Shown: piece by piece, positions 1 through 7,798 of the stretch | How positions within the stretch are numbered: the stretch's first letter is position 1 | Layout: each line of letters begins with the position of its first letter | NCBI GenBank assembly: GCA_043812915.1 | Contig: JBDRLQ010000009.1 | Location: forward strand, 1-23,930 | DNA from: Candidatus Micrarchaeota archaeon | Lineage (GTDB): Archaea; Micrarchaeota; Micrarchaeia; Anstonellales; Bilamarchaeaceae | Reading direction: 5' to 3' | Length of the DNA stretch: 23,930 nucleotides | Position numbers and translations under genes: made by a program | Notes under the pieces: generated by a model | The model's input: the letters and a program-made list of their open reading frames with translations, nothing else | What the model was told of the DNA's origin: nothing | Database searches by the model: none

Positions 1-119
1 ACCGGCTTCTTTATCTTGTAAACGAATCCATCCTTTAGAAAAACCCAAGAGATGTGGGTCTCAATCAATTCCGCGCCCATGCCTTCCTTAAGCTTGGATA
101 TCTGCTCATCGTCCATCAT
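1..119 (-). CDS. N-terminus (truncated by window edge) of an aminoglycoside-phosphotransferase-like kinase (COG2187 type)
   Basis: Not in the ORF track. Manual translation gives MMDDEQISKLKEGMGAELIETHISWVFLKDGFVYKIKKP. The ETHISWVFL...YKIKKP motif is typical of this family. The start overlaps the stop of the upstream P-loop kinase. Confidence 0.85.
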   Translation of the reverse strand, partial: MMDDEQISKLKEGMGAELIETHISWVFLKDGFVYKIKKP

Positions 120-627
120 ACCTACCTACATATTTGAGTACTTTTTCAAGCATCTCTTCTTTCGGGAGCGCCATGTCCAGTTCCAGGTGCTCCAGCTCCA
201 TCGGCTCGAATATCCCCTTCACCTTGAGGTACACTTCGAAATCCGCCTCGCTCTCGCTCTTCTCATTCTTCCTCTTATCTATCCTTTTCCGCAACTCGTC
301 CTCACTGAGCACGCACAGAATTGCGAAGAACCCGGTGCCTTCGCGCCCAGCGGCATCCCTTATCATCTTCCTGTACCTGGCAAGGTAGAATGTGGCATCC
401 ACAATAACGTCCCTGCCCTCCTTCAGCAGCCCTGAGGCCTCCTTGGCAATGGTGAGGTAGATTCCGGACTTCTCCTCCTCGGAATACGTGCGCTCCTGGA
501 GTATCCTGTTCCTTATGCTGTCGCTGTTCAGGTACTCCGCACCCAGCCGCTCAGCAAGCTCCCTGGAAAGGAATGATTTTCCTGTTCCTGGAAGGCCGCA
601 CACCATAATGAGCATAATTTTTTTCAT
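106..627 (-). CDS. P-loop kinase, AAA_33/COG0645 (gluconate-kinase-like) family
   Basis: 173 aa. Walker A GLPGTGKS at the N-terminus, plus SDxIR, VIVDATF and SEAD-like motifs. Confidence 0.85.
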   Translation of the reverse strand: MKKIMLIMVCGLPGTGKSFLSRELAERLGAEYLNSDSIRNRILQERTYSEEEKSGIYLTIAKEASGLLKEGRDVIVDATFYLARYRKMIRDAAGREGTGFFAILCVLSEDELRKRIDKRKNEKSESEADFEVYLKVKGIFEPMELEHLELDMALPKEEMLEKVLKYVGRYDGR

Positions 628-637
628 GGGGAGAAGG

Positions 638-645
638 TATTAATA
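638..645 (+). promoter_or_regulatory. Putative TATA box (TATTAATA) for the leaderless surface-protein gene
   Basis: Lies 22-29 nt upstream of ATG 667 in a 39-bp divergent gap. Confidence 0.45.
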
Positions 646-666
646 ATTTCTTCGTTATTCCTGAAC

Positions 667-2592
667 ATGGTACAGCGTATCATACTATATCTTCCGGAAC
701 TGCTGACAATCAGGAATATCATCGTGCTTCTCTGCCTGGTCACGGTGGGTGCACTGTTCTATCTGATGGCGAGCCCCAATGCAATTGAGATGTCCGTGCA
801 ATCGTACATGATAGTTGCCAATGGAGTGTCCCCCGAACCGGTCTCTGTAACCGTAACCAGCATGCTCGGCATCCCACTCCCTGGCGCGAGGGTTGACTTT
901 TCCGCCGACAGGGGATACATGGAAAAATTGTCCTGCACAACCAACTCGGCAGGCGGCTGTACTGTGAATTTCATCCCTGAGAAGAGCCTTGGCGAGCAGA
1001 GGGCAACAATAACCGCTTCCATAGGGGGCCTCTCAGACAATGTACTCATCACAATGGCTCCGGACAATGCGAATTCCATTGCGTTGGAATCGCAACAGCC
1101 ATTCCTTCTGGCAGACGGCTATTCATCCACCTCTGTTACCGCGCTGGTCACTGACAATGTGGGGAATGCGGTTCCCGATGGGACAAGGGTCTCCTTTACG
1201 GTAATCCCCCCGGAGATGGGCACTTTCTCAAGAGGGGGGCTGTGCAACACCAACAATGGCAAGTGCACGATATCCTTCACAAGCTCGGTCAATCCGGGCA
1301 ACGCGACTCTGACAGGAGCTTCCAATGGAGCTTCCGGCTCGGTCGTGCTTGACATGCTCACACTGCTTCCTGAGAAAATGGAAGTTGTGCTATCCAGCAT
1401 AAGCGTTCCGGCAGACGGCCAGAAAACAATCCTGGTGACTGTGAGGGCATCGGACGAGCTTGGCAATCCTGTTCCGGGCCAGGAAGTGACTGTTGACGTT
1501 GCGCTAGGAACGCTTGATAATGAGATGTGCAAAACCGATGACACTGGCGAATGCAGCTTCACCTATTTAGCCGGAACTGAGACTGGCACTGATGATATAA
1601 CCGCAAATATAGAAGCACACGGCCTTAGTGCATCGAGGCCGCTGCTCCTGCTTCCTGTTTCCAACCTGGATATCACCATGCTGGCATACGAGAATGTAGG
1701 CAATCCGATAATCCCCGCCTTTGTGCGCAGCATAGAGTTCCATGGCCATGATATGGCGAGGATAATAATCACAAACGAGGGCAATTCTCTCTTTGAGGGG
1801 ACGGTTTCCCTGGAAGTTCCCGGCTGGTCGGAGCAGGGCAATGAGCAGGTTTCTGTGGAGCCTGGGGAGATAGAGGAGATCTTCATGACCCTTCCGCTCA
1901 AGCAGGTGGCCTATGATAACCTGGACGCCGAGCCGGTGCATTATCTTCTTAGCGTCAGGGATAATGAGGGAAAGGAGGTTTTCAGGAACACTTATTATAC
2001 CACCCTTGCGCCCTTCAACACCATGGTCTGGGGCGGCGTGTGGGACTACATGATTGCCGCCTGGGACACTCCGAGCGCCCCTGCGATACATGAGCTTGTG
2101 TCTGAGGCGGCGGATTACACCCCCTGGGAGTCCATTATCGGATACCAGGAAATGACCGGATACACACACGCGGAGACTACCTATTTCCAGCTGAAGGCGC
2201 TGTACGACACTCTTGCCGACCGGGGCATGCGCTATGTGAACGCTCCTTATGCCCTTGAGGGGATGCAGACAGTATATACTCCTGTCCAGAGCCTTGAGGT
2301 GAATGGCGCCAACTGCATTGACGGCTCGATGGTATTCGCGAGCGCCCTAACCTCCATGGGCATGAACCCGCTCATCGTGCTTACAACCAACCACGCTTTC
2401 GTGTGCGTGCAGGACTGGCCAGGCTCGGATTCCATTCTATGCCTGGAGACTACTATGGTGGGGCATTCTGAATTCAGGGATGCGGTTGAGTCGGGAGCCG
2501 ACCAGTTCGAGGATGTCCGCCGGGAAGCCGGATTCCGGGCGATAAATGCGAACTCTGCTATTGAGAATGGAGTGAAGCCCCTTCCTTCCTAG
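667..2592 (+). CDS. Membrane-anchored surface protein with three invasin/Big_1 Ig-like repeats and a C-terminal transglutaminase-like domain
   Basis: N-terminal hydrophobic helix. Three ~100-aa repeats with A(N/D)G...VT...GxxxP.G.xVxF motifs. C-terminal ANCIDG / NHAFV / LETT motifs give a Cys550-His576-Glu594 triad. Confidence 0.8.
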   Translation: MVQRIILYLPELLTIRNIIVLLCLVTVGALFYLMASPNAIEMSVQSYMIVANGVSPEPVSVTVTSMLGIPLPGARVDFSADRGYMEKLSCTTNSAGGCTVNFIPEKSLGEQRATITASIGGLSDNVLITMAPDNANSIALESQQPFLLADGYSSTSVTALVTDNVGNAVPDGTRVSFTVIPPEMGTFSRGGLCNTNNGKCTISFTSSVNPGNATLTGASNGASGSVVLDMLTLLPEKMEVVLSSISVPADGQKTILVTVRASDELGNPVPGQEVTVDVALGTLDNEMCKTDDTGECSFTYLAGTETGTDDITANIEAHGLSASRPLLLLPVSNLDITMLAYENVGNPIIPAFVRSIEFHGHDMARIIITNEGNSLFEGTVSLEVPGWSEQGNEQVSVEPGEIEEIFMTLPLKQVAYDNLDAEPVHYLLSVRDNEGKEVFRNTYYTTLAPFNTMVWGGVWDYMIAAWDTPSAPAIHELVSEAADYTPWESIIGYQEMTGYTHAETTYFQLKALYDTLADRGMRYVNAPYALEGMQTVYTPVQSLEVNGANCIDGSMVFASALTSMGMNPLIVLTTNHAFVCVQDWPGSDSILCLETTMVGHSEFRDAVESGADQFEDVRREAGFRAINANSAIENGVKPLPS

Positions 2593-2594
2593 TT

Positions 2595-3746
2595 TCAGGC
2601 CGAGTAGACGCACTTGCCAAGGCCGACATGCCTGGTTTCAAGGAATGCCCTGAAGAGCAGGGAATCCTTGTTTGGGGCTTTCCCTTCCTTTATTATTCCG
2701 AATTCGTTGAGCCTGTTGATGGACGCCTCAATACCCTCCGCCTCCTCAACCTGGTATTTTTCCCTTATCTGGGCCAGTTCGGAAATAAATCCTTCACCAT
2801 GAACATCCCTGTGCTGTAGGATGCCCAAGGCCACGCAAACATCCTGGAGCGGAATTGTCAGATGGCCCGAAACCATGGACACGAAGGAGCGGGTTATGTT
2901 CGTCTGATTCAGGGCCTCCTCCAGGTTGTATCCCCCCCACGCCACAAATTTGTCGAATGCTTCGGTGTTCCTGACTATATGCCTCAGGAACAATGTTGAA
3001 ATATCATCCGGGTACAGGCCCACATAGCCTGCAAGCCTTTCGATGGCGCCCACGCTCTCAAGGAAGCCTGCCTTTACCTGACCGAAACCCCTTGCGACAT
3101 GGTTTGAGATGACAGTCCTGAAATCATCAAAACTGACAGTGGACGGAATAATCACTTTTTCCGAATCCCCGTAGAATGAGCAGAGCTCCTCCCTTGTTGA
3201 GCGCCCATAATGCCTTATCCGGTGCCCTATGGCCGGATACGCGATGACCAATCCGGTCCTATCAGGCATTTTGGAGAGTATGTCCAGTATGAGCGTTGCC
3301 TCGAAATCATCCTCCTGCGATGTCCTTCCGGTGAATACATTCTTCAGTCTGGGAACCGCGTCTCCGGCCTCGTCAAGAACTATGAACCTCGGTTTATGCC
3401 CCAGGTCTATCAGTTTCCATACTGCAATCAGCTGGTTCATGTCCACACCAAAAGTTCCCCCTCTTGGATCCAGGATAATCCCCAGCCCTTCAAGGAAGCC
3501 AGTTTCAATGGACCTATCGAGCATGTCCGCCAGGAGCTCGGTTTTTCCAGAGCATGGGTAGCCGGTAATGCCCATCGATTCCCCTGCCATCGCCCTCTCC
3601 AGCACTTCTGCCGTGAGCTCTTTTCTTATGTCATAAGCGTTCGAACGATTGCCATTCCGCAGCGCGGAGCGTATGTCTGGTATCGAGTTTTGCCTTGCCT
3701 TTTCCGCAATCTCTTTGCTTATCTGGAACCTGCTGAATTTTCTCAT
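2595..3746 (-). CDS. Orphan P-loop ATPase (AAA+/STAND-like, possible C-terminal winged helix)
   Basis: Walker A GYPCSGKT and Walker B FIVLDE. Start re-placed at ATG 3746 (MRKFSRF), which follows AAGGAG. The upstream ORF extension runs through AT-rich promoter DNA. Confidence 0.65.
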   Translation of the reverse strand: MRKFSRFQISKEIAEKARQNSIPDIRSALRNGNRSNAYDIRKELTAEVLERAMAGESMGITGYPCSGKTELLADMLDRSIETGFLEGLGIILDPRGGTFGVDMNQLIAVWKLIDLGHKPRFIVLDEAGDAVPRLKNVFTGRTSQEDDFEATLILDILSKMPDRTGLVIAYPAIGHRIRHYGRSTREELCSFYGDSEKVIIPSTVSFDDFRTVISNHVARGFGQVKAGFLESVGAIERLAGYVGLYPDDISTLFLRHIVRNTEAFDKFVAWGGYNLEEALNQTNITRSFVSMVSGHLTIPLQDVCVALGILQHRDVHGEGFISELAQIREKYQVEEAEGIEASINRLNEFGIIKEGKAPNKDSLLFRAFLETRHVGLGKCVYSA

Positions 3747-3829
3747 GGCCGGCACTCCTTTAAATTGGTGTTTGTATGTGTAATTAGGTGTAATAATATT
3801 TTTAATCATTCCCAAGCTAATACGTATGC

Positions 3830-4519
3830 ATGAGGCAGAGGGGATTACAGCATAATTCATCAGGCCGGCGGCAGGCCGGCTTTTGGAGGGGCTCTGTCAT
3901 GGCCCTTGTGCTGACAGCAGCCATTATGGGGTGCGGACAGGCCCGGCCTTCGAATCCCGGGGCCGGGCAGAATCTGGCAAAGGCGGTGCTCCCAGCAAAG
4001 GAAGCCTCTGCGCCCGCAAAGAGAACCCCTTCCAGAAAACAAGGCGCCCCAGGACTTTTCGAGTGCACTTCGAAGGATCTCAACTGGAGGAACAGGTTGC
4101 ACACGAGATTAATTAAGGGCCTGGTGGAAGATGCCCTGCTCCCAATCCCGGTTCACTACTGCAGGGGCGATGCCGACCAGATACTTCGCGGAAGCATCCG
4201 TGACATCAAGAACATCCTTTCTAAGAAACTGAATCCCGGCAGGGCCAATCCCGGGGATATAATAATCGTTGCGATACGCCTGGAGTCCGACGGACGGATG
4301 GGCTTCCTTTTCGGCAACCATCTCAAGCGAAGCCATCAGGGGGTCCTGCCGGATGGCAGGAAGAGCTTCCGCTACCAGAAGGCTGATACTGCATTTCCGG
4401 TAGAAGAGATAAATGCCGCACTGAAGCAATCCCCATCAGCTGTGAGGCCCCCCAAGCCGGCCATGGCCTCAATACGATTCAAGGTCGGAAATTCAGGTGA
4501 GATGTTCAGGTATCGTTAA
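3830..4519 (+). CDS. Hypothetical secreted/lipoprotein
   Basis: 229-aa ORF filling the gap. Basic N-region, hydrophobic stretch ending in IMGC (lipobox-like), then a Pro/Ala/Lys linker. Confidence 0.55.
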   Translation: MRQRGLQHNSSGRRQAGFWRGSVMALVLTAAIMGCGQARPSNPGAGQNLAKAVLPAKEASAPAKRTPSRKQGAPGLFECTSKDLNWRNRLHTRLIKGLVEDALLPIPVHYCRGDADQILRGSIRDIKNILSKKLNPGRANPGDIIIVAIRLESDGRMGFLFGNHLKRSHQGVLPDGRKSFRYQKADTAFPVEEINAALKQSPSAVRPPKPAMASIRFKVGNSGEMFRYR

Positions 4520-4542
4520 CGCATGCCCAGATAGAAAAAGAA

Positions 4543-4667
4543 TCCCGCCTGCCTGACTTGAACAAGCAACCTGCTGGTATCTACTGGGAAACAATTCCAG
4601 CATTAAAATCCGAAAAATCGGATGAACCAAACTACAGCCAGCCGCTCTACCATTGAGCTAAGGCGGG
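4543..4667 (-). tRNA. tRNA-Tyr(GTA) with a 53-nt intron at canonical 37/38 (intron 4579-4631)
   Basis: Acceptor stem CCCGCCT/AGGCGGG with A73 (C1:G72 is the archaeal Tyr identity). D arm GCTC/GAGC, anticodon stem GCTGG/CCAGC with loop CT-GTA-G|A, T loop TTCAAGT. Mature length 72 nt; CCA not encoded. Confidence 0.95.
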
Positions 4668-4693
4668 ATAGAGACTAATGATGCGGAATTAGC

Positions 4694-4701
4694 TTTAAAA
4701 A
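4694..4701 (-). promoter_or_regulatory. TATA box for tRNA-Tyr (TTTTTAAA)
   Basis: About 27-34 nt upstream of tRNA position 1. Confidence 0.55.
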
Positions 4702-4724
4702 GCAAACTATGGGAGGGAAATCCC

Positions 4725-6347
4725 TCAGACCATAGTTCCAAGGAGCATTTTCCGCATCTCAATCGGTTCAAGGTTCTCAAGGGCCTTCAGCGCGAATCCA
4801 AGCTTTGGCTCACTTTCTGCGAATATTGTGAATAGCTTGTCTCCTGGCTCTACTCTTTTTCCCCTGGCACTATGCAGCAGAATGCCTGCGCCCTGGTCCC
4901 TGGGGGAGCCTGCAATTCTTGCAACTTTTGAGATGACCTTGTTGTCTATATGGAATACGCTTCCTCCCTTCTCCGCCTTTACGGTATAACTGTATCCTCC
5001 TGCCTGCAGGTCTGATGCCTTCACTTTCGGGTTTCCTCCCTGCAGCTCGACTATCTCCTTGAATTTCTTAAGAGCCTTGCCACTGTCAATCAGCGTCTCA
5101 GCGGCAGAGTATCCATGTCCCCGGCTCACCTTTCCACAGGATTCAAGGAGCCTTCCGGCCATCATTATGCTCTTGTGCCGGAGATCATCAGGGCCTCTGC
5201 CTTCAAGCACTTCAAGTACATCTATACACTCCAGTACCGGCCCGACCCCGTTTCCGATTGGCTCTGCGCCATCGGTAATAAGCACCTCTATCTGCATGCC
5301 CAGCCTGCGCCCGATTTCAATGAAGTGCTTTCCAAGATCCTCCCCTTTCTCCAGGTACGGGACCTTCACCCCCCTTCCAATAGGGATGTCTATTACGACA
5401 TGGGTCGCCCCCACGCTCTTCTTCTTTCCAAGGATGCTTGCTAGAAGCATGCCGCGCGGGTCAAGGCTCAGGGGATGCCTTATCCTGATAAGCTTATCAT
5501 CAACAGGGGCCAGGTTCATTCCGCCTCCCCATACAATTGCCCCTTTGGCCTTTGTCACAATCCTCTTCATCTCATCGAGGTTGAAAGAAACATTCGAGAG
5601 CACTTCCATTGTGTCAGCGGTTCCGGCAGCGCTTGTTATGGATCTGCTGGATGTCTTTGGGATATAAAGCCCTGCGGCCGCGATAATAGGTACGATAATC
5701 ATTGTGGTCCGGTTTCCAGCGACCCCGCCGATACAGTGCTTGTCCATAACTATTTTCTTGCCAATATCAAGACTGTCCCCTGATTCGACCGTCGCTTCCG
5801 CAAGTGCAATAATCTCCTCATCCGCAAAGCCATTTATGTATGCAGCCGAAATCCATGCCGAGGTCTCAATCTCATCCAGCTTCCCGTCCATGATTTCTCC
5901 AACGACGGTCTTGACTTCATCCGTGGTAAGTACGCCCTTATCCATCTTCTTTTTTATGTACGCGATGGATTTAGGCCTGTTCATATGGATGAGCTCTATC
6001 CTTTCCCCTTTCTTGAGATTGAACTGCTTGACAGTGTCCATAAACACCCCCACTGAGCCGGGGGCGGTGAACTCATCACTGACATCAACGGTCACCACAA
6101 TTATCTTCTTTCCAGCCTTCAGGAGTGCCCTGTAGCCGGAGTACATATCATGCTCCTTCGCCTCGCTCTCATTGAGGACTATGATGTGCTTGCCGGTGAA
6201 AATATTGATTGGCTTGACCTCACACTCGTATTTCTTGAACTGCCAGACATCGACTTTCTTCTCTTCCTTGCCTTCCTGGTCATATTCCTTTATCACATGC
6301 TTCTTTTCTGCCCGTGCCGCTTTCTTATGATGTTTTTTCCTGACCAT
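4725..6347 (-). CDS. deoA: AMP phosphorylase (thymidine phosphorylase family)
   Basis: DKHCIGGVAGNRTT and KTSSRSITSAAGTAD motifs with the extra N-terminal domain of AMP phosphorylases. Adjacent to R15P isomerase. Start ATG 6347 follows AGGTGA. Confidence 0.93.
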   Translation of the reverse strand: MVRKKHHKKAARAEKKHVIKEYDQEGKEEKKVDVWQFKKYECEVKPINIFTGKHIIVLNESEAKEHDMYSGYRALLKAGKKIIVVTVDVSDEFTAPGSVGVFMDTVKQFNLKKGERIELIHMNRPKSIAYIKKKMDKGVLTTDEVKTVVGEIMDGKLDEIETSAWISAAYINGFADEEIIALAEATVESGDSLDIGKKIVMDKHCIGGVAGNRTTMIIVPIIAAAGLYIPKTSSRSITSAAGTADTMEVLSNVSFNLDEMKRIVTKAKGAIVWGGGMNLAPVDDKLIRIRHPLSLDPRGMLLASILGKKKSVGATHVVIDIPIGRGVKVPYLEKGEDLGKHFIEIGRRLGMQIEVLITDGAEPIGNGVGPVLECIDVLEVLEGRGPDDLRHKSIMMAGRLLESCGKVSRGHGYSAAETLIDSGKALKKFKEIVELQGGNPKVKASDLQAGGYSYTVKAEKGGSVFHIDNKVISKVARIAGSPRDQGAGILLHSARGKRVEPGDKLFTIFAESEPKLGFALKALENLEPIEMRKMLLGTMV

Positions 6348-6352
6348 AAACT

Positions 6353-7282
6353 TCACCTGTATATGTTAATCCCAAGCTTCTGGGTCGCAATTGCGAAGAA
6401 TGATTGTGTGGGCAGCACCCCCACCTCTGTCACGTATCCGTTTATGTATTTGGCGGATGTGACATCGAATGCGGGATTGCTGATTTTAACTTTTTTCGGG
6501 GGATTCTCCCAAACTTCCTTGTGGTCCCTTTCCTCTATCTTTTCACGGGATCCATGGATAGTTTCCGAGCTGTACTTGAGCAGTTCCGCGCATGAGTAGA
6601 ATGAGGTATCATGCATGCGCGCTATATGGGCCAGCGTCGAGGTTCCGACCTTGTTTATCAGGTCGCCCCTTGAACTGATGGAATCTGCCCCGACAAGGAC
6701 GATATCCGCCTTCTTCATCACCATGTTCATGGCGCCATCGACTACAGTGGTGACATCTATCCCGTTTTCCGCAAGCTCAGTTGCCGTCAGCCTGCCCTGG
6801 TATCTCGGGCGGGTCTCAAGCGAAATAACGCTGAACTTTTTCCTCATCCTCTTTGCCTTAATCAATATCCCGGTCACGCTTGAGGAGTGGCAGTGGGTAA
6901 TCACCAGGGCGTTATTCGGGATGAGTTTGGCGCCGTACTCCGAGAGCTTCCTTTTGTCATCTTTCATGCCCTCAAGTATCCCTTCCTCTCTCTTTATTAT
7001 GTCCTTCCGCAAGGCATCTGCCCCTTTGACCTCATCCTTCCTGTTCCTGGCGAACCTGCACGCGTTTTCGAGCAGGTTCCTCATCATGGGCTCTGTTGGC
7101 CTTGATGCTGCAAGGGCATCCGCCGCCTTCACAATATCCCTGTAGAGTATGGCTGCGCTCCTGGTTTTCGAACTTTTCACTTCGCTAATTAGCGCCCGGA
7201 CCGCTTCGCGGGCAACATTTCTGGCTCCCTGGATTTTGAGATTTTTGATATCCTTTATCGTCTTCTGGACATCCTTGTGCAT
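6353..7282 (-). CDS. e2b2: Ribose-1,5-bisphosphate isomerase (eIF-2B-like family)
   Basis: IQGA, SRPTEP, THCHSS (catalytic Cys), ETRP, GAD (catalytic Asp), NKVGT and NPAFD motifs. Immediately upstream of AMP phosphorylase. Confidence 0.9.
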   Translation of the reverse strand: MHKDVQKTIKDIKNLKIQGARNVAREAVRALISEVKSSKTRSAAILYRDIVKAADALAASRPTEPMMRNLLENACRFARNRKDEVKGADALRKDIIKREEGILEGMKDDKRKLSEYGAKLIPNNALVITHCHSSSVTGILIKAKRMRKKFSVISLETRPRYQGRLTATELAENGIDVTTVVDGAMNMVMKKADIVLVGADSISSRGDLINKVGTSTLAHIARMHDTSFYSCAELLKYSSETIHGSREKIEERDHKEVWENPPKKVKISNPAFDVTSAKYINGYVTEVGVLPTQSFFAIATQKLGINIYR

Positions 7283-7428
7283 ACGAAGGTAACTTGAATT
7301 ACAAATATATACCTTGCTATAATGCGATGGCGAACTGCGGCTCCCTCTGAAACTTCGGGCGGGCCTTTTTATCTTTCACGCTTTTTTAAGCGGCTTGTGG
7401 GGGAACCATAGAATTCAGCGAAATAATC

Positions 7429-7467
7429 AAAAAATAAATAAAAAGAAAATAAGGAAAAAAAGAAAAC
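7429..7467 (-). terminator. Oligo-U tract after rpl12 (archaeal-type terminator)
   Basis: Minus strand reads TTTTCTTTTTTTCCTTATTTTCTTTTTATTTATTTTTT right after the rpl12 stop. Confidence 0.6.
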
Positions 7468-7468
7468 T

Positions 7469-7780
7469 TCAGCCAAAGAGGGATGATAGCCCTTCGGCGG
7501 CCTGCTCTTCCTTCTTTCCTTCGTCTTCTTCCTTCTTCTCCTCTTTCTTCTCGCCTGCTGCCGGTGCTGCCGTTGCGGCTGCTGCCGGGGCAACAAGCGC
7601 CTGTTTCAGGAGGTCCTCGAAGTCGACATCCTTGACTGCCTCTGCAAGAACCTTTGCCTTCGCATCATCTGCGTCGGCTCCGCTTGCCTTTATGACTGTC
7701 ACGATGCTCTCCTTTGTAACTTCTTTTCCAGCGCCATGCAAAAGAAGCACGGCATGCAGGTACGGGTCTACTTTGGTCAT
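7469..7780 (-). CDS. rpl12: 50S ribosomal stalk protein P1 (archaeal L12)
   Basis: YxHAVLLLH N-terminus, Ala-rich hinge, acidic tail ending GLSSLFG. Confidence 0.95.
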   Translation of the reverse strand: MTKVDPYLHAVLLLHGAGKEVTKESIVTVIKASGADADDAKAKVLAEAVKDVDFEDLLKQALVAPAAAATAAPAAGEKKEEKKEEDEGKKEEQAAEGLSSLFG

Positions 7781-7798
7781 TCATTCCACCTCAAAATA

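Noticed and set aside
3747..3860. Longer starts given by the ORF track (also 6356, 8761, 11785, 20792, 22595)
   Set aside because: The extensions run through promoter or RBS sequence. Downstream ATGs have a better SD or TATA spacing.
1..4543. Integrated element at the tRNA-Tyr 3' end
   Set aside because: No integrase and no direct repeat of the tRNA 3' end found by eye. GGCAGGCGG near 949 is short, inverted and inside a CDS.
6353..7282. Annotation as translation factor eIF-2B or methylthioribose-1-phosphate isomerase
   Set aside because: The catalytic Cys/Asp motifs and coupling to AMP phosphorylase favour R15P isomerase.
7339..7365. SECIS-like or C/D-box reading of the intergenic hairpin
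   Set aside because: No canonical box C, no proper GAA/A SECIS stem, and no in-frame TGA selenoprotein nearby.
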